From the NCBI RefSeq assembly GCF_006345805.1, contig NC_043021.1, positions 6,262,001 to 6,326,000 on the forward strand: DNA of 64,000 nucleotides. Reading direction: 5' to 3'. The DNA comes from Octopus sinensis (lineage: Eukaryota). The notes under the pieces are model-generated. The model had not been told where the DNA came from. It made no database searches and saw only the letters and a list, made by a program, of their open reading frames with translations. Both the position numbers and the translations under genes were made by a program. The stretch's first letter is position 1, and each line of letters begins with the position of its first letter. Below are positions 11,683-24,609 of the stretch, piece by piece.

Positions 11683-14600
11683 ACTTTGATAGGTTTCGGC
11701 CAGTATAGGCCCAGGCCATGTCTCACTTAACAGCACCACCTGGTGTCATTTTTTAGTCACACATGGGGCACCATGGTCCACTCTAGCAAAGAGTTATTAT
11801 TGTTGGAGACATATCCGGGTGTAGGATGTAGGTCTGGGATTTTTCGAAGAAAGTTGTCCAGTGAACTTTTGAATTTTATGGTCTCCGTTTCAATGTATTT
11901 TGGTATGGTATTGAAGAGAGCTGGACCGGTTGAGGTAAAGTAGTTGTGATGTAACGTTATGTGTTCTGAGTTTGATTTTTGTAGTGGGCAGAGAGCATGG
12001 GAGCCAAGTCTTAGATGAATTTTAAAATTGATGCCAACACCATTTGTGCAATATTGATGGAATATTTTCCATATCACACAAATGATGTAGTGTGTGTGTG
12101 GCAGCATTGGAGAGAGTAGAGATTGATTTTTTTTTTAGTCGACCCCAATAGTCAATGCCTCTCATGCCGTCTATCTTTCTTTTTATTGACCCCTGGAGTG
12201 CTTCCACTTTCATATTATGAGTTGCTTCGTATGAGTGGGCAACAGTACTCAAGGTGGGGTCAGGCAAAAGTAGAGTTGAGAAGGATGCTGGTGTGGGCAT
12301 CTCTAGACAAGAAAGTTCTCAGAATCCAGGAGCACATGTTGCAGGCCAAGTCAGCCTTGCTGTTGTTATGTGGGAACTCCAGCTTAGATTGTTTCCCTTT
12401 CTGAAGACTGGGACGGCAGACTGGGAAAGAAACTGATCAGGAATGTAGCCCGCATCAAGTGAGTTTCTCCAGAGCTCAGCAAGAGGGGGTGCAATTTGAT
12501 GCCAACACATCTTCAGGACAGTGGATGGGAACTTAATGGGAGTTACTGTCAAGTTGTGCTTGATCTTAGGTCATATGGTTAGTTGAGGGTTTACATCACT
12601 GATACTAGCCAGATCAACCACATTAGGGTTACTAAAGACAGAGCACTATTGCCTCTGCAGAATCTCGCACATGGATTTTGCATCATCATGTAGAGTTTTG
12701 TTCTCATCAACCAGAGGACCGACAGTGGAAACAGCATCTTTATGTCTTTTTGCAAATGAAAAGAACACTTTGGGATTGAGTTTTATTTTCTCAGTGGCCC
12801 AATTCTCCTCAGCTGCTCTTTGTTTGTTAATGATGGTCATTGTGCTTTTTTGGAGGTTGTGTTTTTTCGATTCGAGTGATTCAGTGACAATCGAATGGGT
12901 ACGTTGCTGCTGACAGTATTTAAGTTGGGTGATTTTCTTGTTAATTCTTTTTTATTTTTCTGATAATTGCTCTTCCATTTCTAGGGATTCTGCACTTAGA
13001 TTTGTATACTGATCTTAATGGAATATGTTTTGCGCATATATTTGTTACATTATCTACAAATGTCTGCCATGATGTGTTTATGTTGGTGGTGGTGTGCGTG
13101 CATGCGAGAAGGCCCAATCAGCTTGTGAAAGATCATTGTTGATCGCATCCCAGGCTGTGTTATAAAGATCCATAGTGTCAAATGGATGGGCTGGAGAGAT
13201 GCCATTGGATTTGATCTTTAGGTGGTAGAATCTCAGATCGCAGAGAATCATACCATGGTCTGAGAGTGGTGGTGTTTTTTCCACTGAAATATTGTGGATA
13301 GTGTCAGTGTGGTTACTGAACACTAGGTCCAAGGTGTTTTTGTGTCTCCTTGTTAGTTCGAGAACACGTTGAGTCGGACAAAACTCATCCATGAAATCAA
13401 AAAGCAATTCAATTGCTTCCTTATCAGGGGTTGAGGTGGAAAAACCTGGTTTCAAGCTGTTTGTGGACCAATCAACACTGGGAAGGTTAAAGTACCCCAT
13501 CATTAATATGTTGGCAGCATTACACTGATGGATGAAACACTTAATACTCTTGAGGCATTCCTTGAAGTGTAGTAAAGGAGTTAGGGGTGGCCTATAGAGC
13601 CCAACTGCTATTAAAGCACATAAGCTGCTTCACAGTAGCCATTAGTCAATATGTCCATTGCTTCAGCTGAAAAAGAATTGAGCATGAAAATGGCGGTCCC
13701 ACCCTTTCTTCTGCCGACATGGTCTGCACAGATAGCTGTAAAATTCTACTCTCTCACCTCAGCTTCCCAAGTGGAGGTTATTGAGATGGGTCTCTGTGAG
13801 GACAAAAAAAGGGATATGATGTGGATAGTCATTAATGCAGTCTTCAATAAATTGGGTCTTCCATTTTTGGGCATTGGTGGAAGGGCTGATGCCTTGTGCA
13901 TTGAGCAAAAATGTTGAGGCGATAGTGGTGACTGATTTTGACTGTTTTGGTGATTTGCTTGTTAATGGCAGCAATGGGAGTTTGTGCAATAGGGTGGTGG
14001 TGGAGGGTGGCATTGTGTGATGGCTAGAATGTTCTTTTGTAGCTCTTTTGCCAGATTCATTATGGCTAATAAACAGTTCTGTTTGGAGAACTGAATATGT
14101 TTGTGGTTGTGGGATTTGTATTGGTTAGGGGTCCTGTTTGCCAAGAATAGCGGCAGATTTTAGGATCCTGTGTAACGAGTGTTTTTTAAAAAATTTGATT
14201 TAGTATTTGGTGAGGGTGGTAGTAGCATTGTTTTAGATTGTGCACTTTGGTGGTAGTGGCTGTTGAGAGTAGGAATTGAGCATCTAGTCCCTGGTAAATG
14301 AGTGAATTTGCAATCAGTGTCAGTGCAGGGTTTTGTGTGTAGGCTGTGAGTGGCATAGATTTTAATTTGTGTTTGGGTCTTCAAGTAAGCATTTAGTTGG
14401 TTGATCACAAACTGGGATAGTAGTAGGTTGAAGCTGTATCTGTTGCTGCTTTTAAGGTGGTTGTTGTAGCTGTAATTGTTGATGTTGTTGTGATTCTTGT
14501 TGCTGAAATTGTTGCTGCTGTTGAAGATTTGATGGGTGGGCAACAAACTCAGGTTGAATGGGCTGTGAACAGCTATAATCCTAGCACTTGACCTTTCATC

Positions 14601-14760
14601 AATTCGGCCATCAATTGTGGTTGAATTAAGGAGTGTTAAAGGTTGAGGCTGGGTCAGTTGTTCCTGCTGTGGTGGTGGATGTTGTTGCTGTGGTGATTGT
14701 TGTTTTTCCTGAGGTGGCCATTGTTGTTGCTGTTGACCAGTATTTGAAGAGAAAAATTTT
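11683..14760 (-). mobile_element. Decayed CR1-clade LINE: ORF1 3' part, APE endonuclease, RT N- and C-terminal flanks; RT core deleted
   Basis: Minus-strand fragments in colinear order: Q/N-rich ORF1 with CTDTDCKFTH; APE motifs LLNAQG, LTETHL, GYFNLP, TLDLVFSN and LSDH; KLNPKVFFSFAK; VLKMCWHQIAPPLAELWRNSLDAGYIP; KKIDGMRGIDYWGRLKK; GPALFNTIPKYI...FKSSLDNFLRKIPD. Many stops and frameshifts. Confidence 0.9.
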
Positions 14761-14799
14761 TCAAATTGTCTATTAATTTATATATATATATATATATAT

Positions 14800-15042
14800 A
14801 AATAATAACAAAGGGTAAAATTAATTAATTAAGAAGTAATCAATAATTTCATGAAAAAGGACCATTTCACCGTAAACTTAAGTAATACTTTATAATTAGA
14901 GTTCAGCAAAGATTTGCTTTACCACATACCAAAGTTTAGAAATAGCAGCCGAAAAACCTTAGCTATTTCTTCTACTTTAAAGAGGGACTCCCAGAAAAAC
15001 CAAGATACTTGAAAACAATCTTTGCTGAACCCTAATTATAAA

Positions 15043-15045
<3 letters not shown>
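14800..15045. repeat. (TA)n-embedded repeat with a 28-bp inverted segment
   Basis: 14887-14914 and 15017-15044 are inverted copies (1 mismatch); (TA)n on both flanks. Confidence 0.75.
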
Positions 15046-15089
<44 letters not shown>

Positions 15090-15112
15090 GTTTATTGACC
15101 ATTCCGAAATAT

Positions 15113-15160
<48 letters not shown>

Positions 15161-15615
15161 TATATGCATGTCTACAAGCACCACTGACATTTAGAAAGGA
15201 GAGCATGAACAGCAGAAGATCTAAATTCTACCCCACTGTCAAAGCAGATGCCTTTAGAATGCAGGGAGAGAAAGCAACAAAGAATTATACGATTCCATTA
15301 TTAAATAGCAGTCAAATGACAAATAGAAGACATGTCGGATATTGTTGGTGAAAAGAATGAATATTTTTTCCTTACAGTTCTATGGAAATACAGATATTTC
15401 TAATTGCTGTTTCGCTTGCATTTCCACAGTATGAATTTAATAGTACAGTTAGTGAACATTTTCTGTTTTACCATTCATTGCCAACAGATACAGCTGGTAA
15501 GTTTGTTTCTAATAATTTGAACAGTTTTATTATTGCAAATGAAACTGAACAGTCAAAATACAAAGGACTGCAGAGTCCACTAATGTCAGGAAAATACAGG
15601 GTATCCCACAATTAA

Positions 15616-15834
15616 CCCTTTAGTATTTAAACCGGCCATATCTGGCCAAAATAGTTAATCTGTTTTATGTTCAAACTGACCAGATCCAGGCTCTCACACC
15701 TACCCTACAATGTTATTCTACATTAAGTAATTACACCATCAAGATCTTGAAGATATGAGATAATGCATGATTAGTTCAAATCAATGGGAATCAATAGGCA
15801 TTATATTTGATAGAATAATCTGAACACTAAAGGG
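15616..15834 (+). mobile_element. piggyBac-like MITE, family A (~220 bp)
   Basis: TTAA|CCCTTTAG...CTAAAGGG|TTAA. A TTAA target duplication with CCCT/AGGG ends is the piggyBac hallmark. Eight related copies occur in the window. Confidence 0.85.
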
Positions 15835-15849
15835 TTAAGTATCTATTTC

Positions 15850-16349
15850 AATGAAATTGGGCAAGTTTTAAAAGAAACTGATAGAATTTTATGTATATTA
15901 CTTAATTATGATACCAAAACAAAGATTTATAAATTTTATGTGTAAATTCTATTGAAAGTTTTGAGCATGTGCTCCATCTGTATCCCAGATCTGTATTTCA
16001 GATCTATCCTTAGCACTGCAAAGCACATTTTGAAGCATTTCAGGAGTTGTCTCCTGCACTGCTAACTGAATGCATTCTCTCTGTTCAGCTAAACTATTAT
16101 TCCATTCTGGGGATGAATGTAGAGAAAATGGTTGCAGTCAAATTGGAAAAAAAAAAAAAAAAAAGCTGTCATTGACAGATAAGCAGGATCCAACAGGTAC
16201 GGAAATAAAATTATTAAAAAAAATTATAAACAAAATAAAAAAATTATACACTTTTAACAGATATTAAACATGATAAACATAAATAGAAGTGAGTTTTAAA
16301 AAAATTGTCTAATTTCACTGAAATCGATAGTTAGTTCTAAGACACCCTG
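15850..16349 (-). mobile_element. Tc1/mariner remnant
   Basis: Terminus TA|CAGGGTGTC on the minus strand at 16341-16351. Minus-strand peptide ECIQLAVQETTPEMLQNV...GAH resembles a Tc1 transposase C-terminus. Confidence 0.55.
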
Positions 16350-16415
16350 TACAGGGGGATGGAGATAAATATTCAAGGTATAATACCAAATGTCAAATGA
16401 ACTAAGTGCTGCATA

Positions 16416-16897
16416 CCGTAAATCCTCGAGTATAGTCTGCCCATGAGTGTAATACGCAGGGGATTTTTAGGGCGCTGTATCTCTGAAAAACCTAAACCTT
16501 GTGTATAATATGCACCCCTCCTCTAACTTGAGTCAAGGAGAGCTATATAACGTCCTTGGTTTGTAAAAATATATACGGTAACGTCCTTTATTATTATTGT
16601 ATATATATAACATAATGCAAACGTGTAGCTTTTTTGTGCATTTTCTTTGCAGAAAATAAAGAAATGACAGTAATAACCTTTAATAAATGTTGCTTACTGC
16701 AAGTTATGGATGATTTAAGGTATTTTCGCACCCGACATTGCAAAATGCGTCTGAATAAACTTTGCCGGACCGCAGATAGAGACTCGGACATTGCTTAGAA
16801 AATAATTTTCATTTTTAACCTCGTATATAGTACGCACTAGGGATTTTGACCTTTAAATTTTGGGAAAAAAGTGCGGATTATACTCGAGGATTTATGG
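16416..16897. mobile_element. Tc1/mariner-superfamily (pogo/Tigger-like) MITE
   Basis: ~22-bp TIR CCGTAAATCCTCGAGTATAGTC / GATTATACTCGAGGATTTATGG (2 mismatches), with TA on both sides. Confidence 0.85.
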
Positions 16898-16914
16898 TAA
16901 ATAGAGAAGCATTG

Positions 16915-17870
16915 GGAGCGAAAAACAGGCCAAGAAAATTGAAAGATGACATTGGAGGAGGCAGTGAAAGGTGCTAATTTTATAAAAGCTCATCTGTTAA
17001 ATTCTTGTATTTTTACTGTTTTTTGTGGGGAGATGGGCAGTTCTCATTGTGTTCTCAAGCTGTCTTATAACAATGTATTTAGCTGCATATTTGAGTTACA
17101 GGTTGAAATAAGATTGTTTTTACATGAAAAGCCATTCCTTAGATTTATGGTCTGAATCGTTTCCAACATTCTACGAATTCCTTGCAATGTCTGATGATGG
17201 CCTCTCTGAAGAAATAAGAAAATCTTTCCATTCAACTCTTGCAAAGGTTTAAGGAATACTTTCAGGGACTTTTTTCAATCAAATGTAATAACTGTAAAAT
17301 AAGTCGATATTCCCTGCTTGAGAAAACCTGTCAAGCCAAGTGAGGTTGTAGTCATGTCCGATGATGCCAGTGTTACGTAACTGACACCCATGCCAGTGGT
17401 ATGTAAAAGCACCCACTACACTCTTGGAGTGGTTTGCATTAGGAAGGGCATCCAGCCATAGAAACCCTGCTAAATCAGATTGGAACCTGGTGTAGCTCCC
17501 CTGCTTACCAGCTTTTAGTCAAACTGTCCAACCCATGCCGGCATGGAAAACAGATGTTAAATGATGATGATGATGATGAAAATAACTTTGTTGAATTTTC
17601 ATGTGATGCCTTGTTTGGGTCATGTTTCATTTGGTATGATTTCACGAATTTTTGGTTATATGTGATAACTGAGTACCTAGAATTGGCATCCAAAGCTCTG
17701 AAATATTTAATGCCATTCCCGACTACATACTTATTCGAGCAGGCTTTCTCACAGCTGTTTTAACTGACTACTATTGCATGTGAAATCCAGAACGCAGTAT
17801 CGCTCGTCTCAGTAAACAAAAGTTTGTAAATGCAGCCATTTATTTAATTGCATATTTTATTACAGAAATC
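16915..17870 (+). mobile_element. hAT (Charlie/Buster, ZBED5/SCAND3-like) transposase remnant interrupted by an RTE 3' fragment
   Basis: LEEAVKGANFIKAHLLNSCIFTVFCGEMGSSH, and FWLYVITEYLELASKALKYLMPFPTTYLFEQAFS (hAT dimerisation domain). Confidence 0.8.
17330..17580 (+). mobile_element. RTE LINE 3' end fragment with (GAT)n tail
   Basis: Matches the 3' UTR of the RTE at 63270-63457 (AAAAGCACCCACTACACTC...AGGAAGGGCATCCAGC...CCAACCCATGC...GATGATGAT). Similar fragments lie near 20230, 24840(-), 26400, 34190(-), 34960, 39376, 41840(-) and 43075(-). Confidence 0.85.
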
Positions 17871-17919
17871 TTTCAGTTGGGAAGATGAAACTGGCAGAAT
17901 GAGTTTAAATGTTATTTAA

Positions 17920-18290
17920 CCCTCACGTTACCAACCTGGCTGAAACTGGCTCTGGATCTGAGTACAAATGATTTGTTTTTATAAGTTTTGAATTAAAATC
18001 TTCCACCAAACCTTAGTCACAATTTATGTTCATAACACTAGCTGAATGATAACTAAGGAAGTGCATTGTGACATGTGGTGTATAACAACATCTGATATGC
18101 TGGTCGATGTTGTGATATATTCAAACACACATATACAGATATACGCACACACACAACATATATATATATATACACACACACTTCATTTTTGTATCTGTTT
18201 TGATGTGCCTTTATTTTGATAAATTCTTTGTTGTATTTAAAATAATTGAAAGAAACAGAGCTTCTCAAAATAAATACAGTAACGAAAGGG
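17920..18290 (+). mobile_element. piggyBac-like MITE, family B, carrying a ~150-bp foreign insert
   Basis: TTAA|CCCTCACGTTACC...GTAACGAAAGGG|TTAA. Compared with the uninterrupted copy at 44613-44833 it has an insert at about 18058-18210. Confidence 0.85.
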
Positions 18291-19135
18291 TTAATAAAAT
18301 CAATTTGTTTAGTAGTAAAACCTTTCAAAACTCTGGCTTTTGCTAAGCCATTCATTGGAATACAAGAGCTCTCTGGTAATGTAAAAGTGCATGTGTATGT
18401 ATATATTTTGGTGTGTATTTATGTAGTAGATATGTTGTATGTATGTATGTATATATTCATTTATGCGTGTGTTAGGTATGTATACATGTATTTGTGTGTG
18501 TGTATATGTAATTATATATATTTGTCATTTAAAATATTCACACATTTTTATTACCACTAGATTCAGCCTTTGGTCTGTGACCCTGCAGGACCACTATTTT
18601 TCAAATGCCTTAATCAATCATATTGAATACTAGTACTTGAAACCCATTACCAATTATATTGAACCCTTGTTGCTTTATCAATTTTTGGCAGCATAATTCA
18701 AACCACACAACTCGACTTGAAGATATTATATCCGTTATTATCAACTCTTTCCCAGTTACTAGTTAAAATAAAAACAAGAGCAAAACAACTTTTCCCCCCA
18801 AAAAACCCTCCACAAAACGGGAACATAATTATGACTCTGTAACCTCTTTAATTTCTCTAGAGAAAAACCCAATTACAATTTTTTTTTTGTACAAATAGAC
18901 ATGAAACATTTTTAAAAAAGGTATTTACATCTGCATCTATTTTTAAGTATAAAAACTAAACCTGTTTCATCTGTCATGTGGAAGTTAATAGCCTAAAAAT
19001 AAATGTTAATTTTATTAGTAATGGGCTCATCTCTGACATTAGTTAGACATTTAATTCTATCGAGAATATGTAAAAGTGTTGTGTCTGTGTGAGAAAGTCT
19101 AATTATAGGTAAGTTTTTTGATAAATCTGTTTATA

Positions 19136-19538
19136 GGTGCAGGAGTGGCTGTGTGGTAAGTAGCTTGCTAACCAACCACATGGTTCCGGGTTCAGTCCCA
19201 CTGCGTGGCATCTTGGGCAAGTGTCTTCTGCTATAGCCCCGGGCCGACCAATGCCTTGTGAGTGGATTTGGTAGACGGAAACTGAAAGAAGCCTGTCGTG
19301 TATATGTATATATATATATGTGTGTGTTTGTGTTTGTCCCCCTAGCATCGCTTGACAACCGATGCTGGTGTGTTTACATCCCCGTCACTTAGCGGTTCGG
19401 CAAAAAAGAGACTGATAGAATAAGTACTGGGCTTACAAAGAATAAGTGCCGGGGTCGAGTTGCTCGATTAAAGGCGGTGCTCCAGCATGGCCGCAGTCAA
19501 ATGACTGAAACAAGTAAAAGAGAAAGAGAAAGAGAAAT
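19136..19538 (+). mobile_element. S1 SINE, full length
   Basis: A and B boxes, internal microsatellite, (AAAGAG)n tail. Confidence 0.92.
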
Positions 19539-20454
19539 ACCTGTTACCTCCACTAATGTATATACAAGCCAGGAAAACAACAGCCAGATCACCCTCGAAG
19601 CACACCCGACAGTCTCACTAGATAAAAATATGTTAGATCATCTAATTTTTTTTTTTTGTCTTTTGTTTCCCTGCCCCGAGGAAAAAGGATGGGCTGGTCA
19701 TGGGTAGAGTGGCTTTGATCATAAGTCTACTCAATCAGGTTGACCTGGGGCTAAACAACAACAACTAACACATATGCCCAATTTTTGTTTTGAATTTCTG
19801 CAGGTCTAACGTAGCGGTTTTATTCTTTGGTACAATATATCCGTCCTGAGTTTGGATGGGTAGATAGCTGGACAGACAAGTGTTTGGGCAGACATGTGAA
19901 TTTGAAAGCTACACAGATATATAGATGGATGGCAGGATAGATATGTGGGGGGTGGGGTAGAAAAGTGGATAGGTTCATGATGGGTAGCTGGGTGGTCAGA
20001 TTGTTGGATATATCTTAAAATAAGTGTGGGCATGGCTTTGTGGTTAAGAAACTTGCTTCCCAACTACAGGGTTTAGGGTTCAATCCCACTGTGTGGCACC
20101 TTGGGCATGTCTCTTCTATTATAGCCTCAGGCCAACCAGAGCCTTGTGAATAGATTTTATTGATAGAAACACTGGAAGCTTGTTGTGTGTGTGTGTGTCT
20201 GTGTGTTGTGTCTGACCCCTGCCCACCACTACTTGACAACTGTTGGCCAAAAGCAACATGGCAACCCTAAAGAAGCACTTGGTACACTCTGGTAAAATGG
20301 TTGGCATTAGGAAAGGCGTTCAGCCAAAGAAACCATGCCAAAGATGACATTGGAACTCAACACAGCCCTGCAGCCTGCTGTTTCCCTGTCAGACCATCCT
20401 ACCCATACCAACAAGAAAAGCAGATATTAAGAGATGATAATGATATATAGTGAA

Positions 20455-20780
20455 GGCGCATGGCTAAGTGGTTAAGGTATTCAGCTCACGATTGTAAGAT
20501 CATGAGTTCAATTCTAGGTGATGTATTGTGTCGTCGAGTAAGTCACTTTATTTCACGTTGCTCCAGTTCACTCAGCTGGCAAAAATTAGTAGTACTTGTA
20601 TTTCAAAAAGGGCCAGCCTTGTCACACTCTGTGTCACACTGAATCTCCCTGAGAACTTTGTTAAGTCTGCTTGTGTCTGTGGAGTACTCAGCCACTTGTA
20701 TGTTAATTTCATGAGCAGGCTGTTCTATTGATTGGATCAACTGGAACTCTTGTTGTCATAAGTCACAGAGTGCCAGTTAG
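20455..20780 (+). mobile_element. tRNA-derived SINE, family S3
   Basis: A box TGGCTAAGTGG and B box GAGTTCAATTC; its 3' half matches the reverse complement of 38205-38370. Confidence 0.8.
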
Positions 20781-21464
20781 TTTATATATGTGTATATGTG
20801 TGTGTGTTTTGACCTCATGTGATGGTTGTAAATGAACATCACTGTTATACAAGTGGTGTTGTTCATTTCCATTCCTCTATGGGAAACGTGTCTGGCTATG
20901 GGTTATATTAAATGAAAGTTTATGAAAATAAACAAAAGACGAAAGCAGGTGGAGTACAAACAAACAAATGTATTAGTATAGCGCTCAGGAATAGAAAAAG
21001 TATTTTACGTTTCGAGCCTACACTCTTCGACAAAGGATTGTCAACAGAAAGGACATCTTATCACCAGCAATCCCACTCTTCTGTGTGTGTGTTTATGAGT
21101 GTCTAACATATATTTTGCTGTGTCTAGGGAGACTCATGCCAATATCAATAACACACAGAGCTTCAGTTCCACTCCTTTATTTATTAGTCAGATATCTAAC
21201 TAAATAATCAATTACTTAAATAGCAACGAAAGAGCTTTGATGACAAAAGAACAAACAAAAACAAATCAAATGACTGACTGTTTAAACCAACTTGAACAAA
21301 TAATTGATTGGATATTTTCACCAATTGACTAACCATAAGGGAGTGGAATTGAACCAGTGTTTGTGTTAATAATACTGAAATAACGAATCTCCTTAGACAC
21401 AACAAAGTTTGTTTTAACACACAAATTCACATAAAGAATCTTGCAAACCAGATACAAAAATGAA

Positions 21465-21500
<36 letters not shown>

Positions 21501-21508
<8 letters not shown>

Positions 21509-21948
21509 AATATTAGGGAATAAATCCAAATTTACAGGGAAAAAATCAGATTTAGGATTAAATCCAATTTTATAGTAAAATATTATATAATATTAATTAG
21601 AGACAAAACCACTATTTTGCAAAACAAACAAGGAAAGACTTAATCAATACATAAAATTTTACTTTTTATTAAAATTTTATGTATTGATTAAGTCTTTCCT
21701 TATTTGTTTTGCAAAATAGTGGTTTTGTCTCTAATTAATATTATATATATATAATGTAGGATAAAATTTTTCCGAAAAAAATTTTATCAATGGCCAGCAT
21801 ATTAAAAAATACCTTTAAAGGTTAAATTATAAACAACTTATAAATAAGGGCAAACAAAAAAATTTCTAATGCCAAATATGTCGAAAAAAAAAATTTTTGG
21901 CATATTTGGCATTAGAAATTTTTTCGTTTGCCCTTATTTATAAGTTGT
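21501..21948. repeat. (TA)n-inserted fold-back element with two long hairpins
   Basis: Inverted arms 21585-21660 / 21671-21746 (76 bp, 1 mismatch) and 21833-21880 / 21901-21948 (48 bp, 1 mismatch). Confidence 0.9.
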
Positions 21949-22659
21949 ATATGTTGTGTGTGTGTGTATATCTGTGTATGTGTGTTTGAATATATCACAA
22001 CATCGACCAGCATATCAGATGTTGTTATACACCACATGTCACAATACACTTCCTTATATTGATGTACCTTTTGAATGATACCCCCCACCCTCTGGCCAGG
22101 TGGGCAAGACAGCACTCACACTGAATGAAATGCCAGTCTGTTGCAAGGTTACACATTTACAGCTGAGTGGACTGGGGCAAAATGAAATGGAATGTTTTGC
22201 TCAAGGTTATATATAAGAATTGAAACCACATTTTTGTGATCATGAGTGCAACACCCTAACCACTAGGCCATGTGCCCTCACATACCTGTGTGCGTATGTG
22301 CATGTGTGTATATCTGCATCTATCTGTATGTATGTTTGTGTGTATATTTTTGCCTGTGTGTTGTCATCTGTTTATTTATATATCAATGTTTGTCCTATAT
22401 TTTGTCTGTGTGTGTACATATATGTATACAAATATATTCCTTTGTGTAAGTATGTTTACTGATATATAATTGTGTGTATGTACTTGGCCCTGAAGGTTTG
22501 AAGATCTGGGAAAGATGATGGTAACTATGAGGTACAAAAACCGTCCCTGTAGGCAAACATTCATACAAGTCTTTCTTTTCATATGCTGGAAGCTGTCTCC
22601 TAGTTTCTCTCTTGCTTCTATCAAATTCATATCTTAGAAAGCCATAATTTGCATTGGCA

Positions 22660-23395
22660 TGAAGAAAGGTAGGTCTGGTAAGATAGTCGAAATGCTAGAA
22701 AGGAGGCATATAAATCTGGAGAGGAGTCTTAGCCAGAATTCTCACAAGCAAAGAAAGGTACAAATTCTTCTGGGTAGGCAGTAGTGATGTGTGGGTGGAA
22801 GTGTACATAGTTTTGACAGAGAAATTGGTAGCTGGAGTGATTGAGGTAGCCAGAACATGCAATAGAATAAATCTTTGTATAGTGTTGGAAAATTTAACAG
22901 GAACATGTTCCTCAATCAGGACTTGAAGATAAGAAAAGGACCGATTTTATGAAGCCCTTTTGCAGATTATAAATGACAATGGCCTTATCTTGTGGGTGAC
23001 ATTAACAGATATGTTGGGCTGCACTGGTATGCATTTGATGGTATACATAAAGACTACAGATTTGGTTCTAGGAAAGAGGAGGGAACAAGGCTGTTGGAGT
23101 TCTGTGATTCAAATGACCAAATGATCAGCGATACTGACCTTAGGGAACCAGCCAGTCACCTGATCACTCGTCAATCTGATGGGCATACAAACCAGATTGA
23201 CTACATCCTCACCTGTAAACAGGAGAGACAGATTACTGTAAATGCGAAGTTCTACCCTGGTGAAGAATGTACAACCAAACATAGGTTAGTGGTTGCTGAC
23301 TTCAGACATAGAGTTAGAAGAATTCGGAGGCATAAGCCAATATGGAATAAGGAGATATGGAAGAAGCTTCAACCAGAGAATTATGTCAGGGAAGC
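22660..23395 (+). mobile_element. RTE-clade LINE endonuclease remnant
   Basis: KGRSGKIVEMLER at the 5' end; GDINRYVG...RKEEGTRLLEFC...HLIT...QIDYIL...PGEECTTKHRLVVADF is a BovB/RTE-type APE domain. Confidence 0.88.
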
Positions 23396-24196
23396 CAGAT
23401 GACAGTTTTATTTAGCAATGGGAGAATTATTATCTTTTATATTATGGCTGGGTTCCAACCCAGGCCACAGCAACAAAGAAGCAGAAAGTAAGAGCTTTGC
23501 CAATGTTCTACGGCTTGAGAACTTGAGGCATCAGGTGTTCCAGGTTGCAGGACAGTTTATTAAAGAAACTCAAGGCATGGAAGAAAAGTGTGCACAGACG
23601 GATGATATTGGCACACTTGCTCTTGGTGATTCTGAAGAAGTGCTATTATTATCTGGGTTCTCTTCAAAAGCAAGTGCAATGTCATTCATATAAGTTAGCC
23701 GACACTGAAAGATAATCATTAGAATACATGGAAACAATGAATCTGTATTGAAAAGGAGAAAAAAAAGAATGAAAATTACTTTTAGGTGCCGGTGTGGATG
23801 TGTAGTAAGAAGCTTGCATCCCAACTACAGGGTTACGGGTTCAGTCCCACTGTGTGGCATCTTGGGCAAGTGTCTTCTGTAGCCTTGGGCCAACCAAAGC
23901 CTTATGAGAGGATTTGGTAGATGGAAACTGAAAGAATCCTGTTGTGTGTGTCTTTGTGTTTGTTCCCCTATCACTGCTTGACAACTGGTGTTGGTGTGTC
24001 CTAGGGTTGATTTGTTCAGCTAAAATCCTTCATGGTGGTGCTCCAGCATGGCCACAGTCAAATAACTAAAACAAGTAAAAGAATATATATTTTGAGTTAG
24101 TGAAAAGTTTGGGGAAAAGTAAAACCTCAGTGTTAGACCTGACCCACTAAACATCCATTATTTCGTCTCTTCTTTCTTACTTTTTTTCTCTTTTAA

Positions 24197-24417
24197 CCCT
24201 TTAGCATTTAAACCGGCCATATCCGGCCAAAAGTATTCTGCCTGTTTTATGTTCAAACTGGCCAGATCTTGTCTCTCACACCAGCCCCACAATATCGTTT
24301 TAAAATTTAACAGTTACCTCATCAAAATCTCATAGCTACAAGATAATGCATGATTAGTTCAAAACAATGTGGATGAAAAAGCGATAATTTTGGCAGAATA
24401 ATACGAACACTAAAGGG
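24197..24417 (+). mobile_element. piggyBac-like MITE A
   Basis: TTAA at 24193-24196 and 24418-24421; CCCTTTAG/CTAAAGGG ends. Confidence 0.88.
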
Positions 24418-24609
24418 TTAAGCAATAAAAAAAAAACTATTAAAACTCTGAACCAGACTAAAATATTTTCTATTCTTGAACTTTAAACATAAAATGAGTT
24501 ACATTAAAGCTGTTGTGTAAACCAGCATTATTTCTGACAATCTTGTTTTTTCTCAGGTACATGCATTGAGGATTATTTTGGTGAAGTGTTCATCAACATC
24601 GTCATTTAA

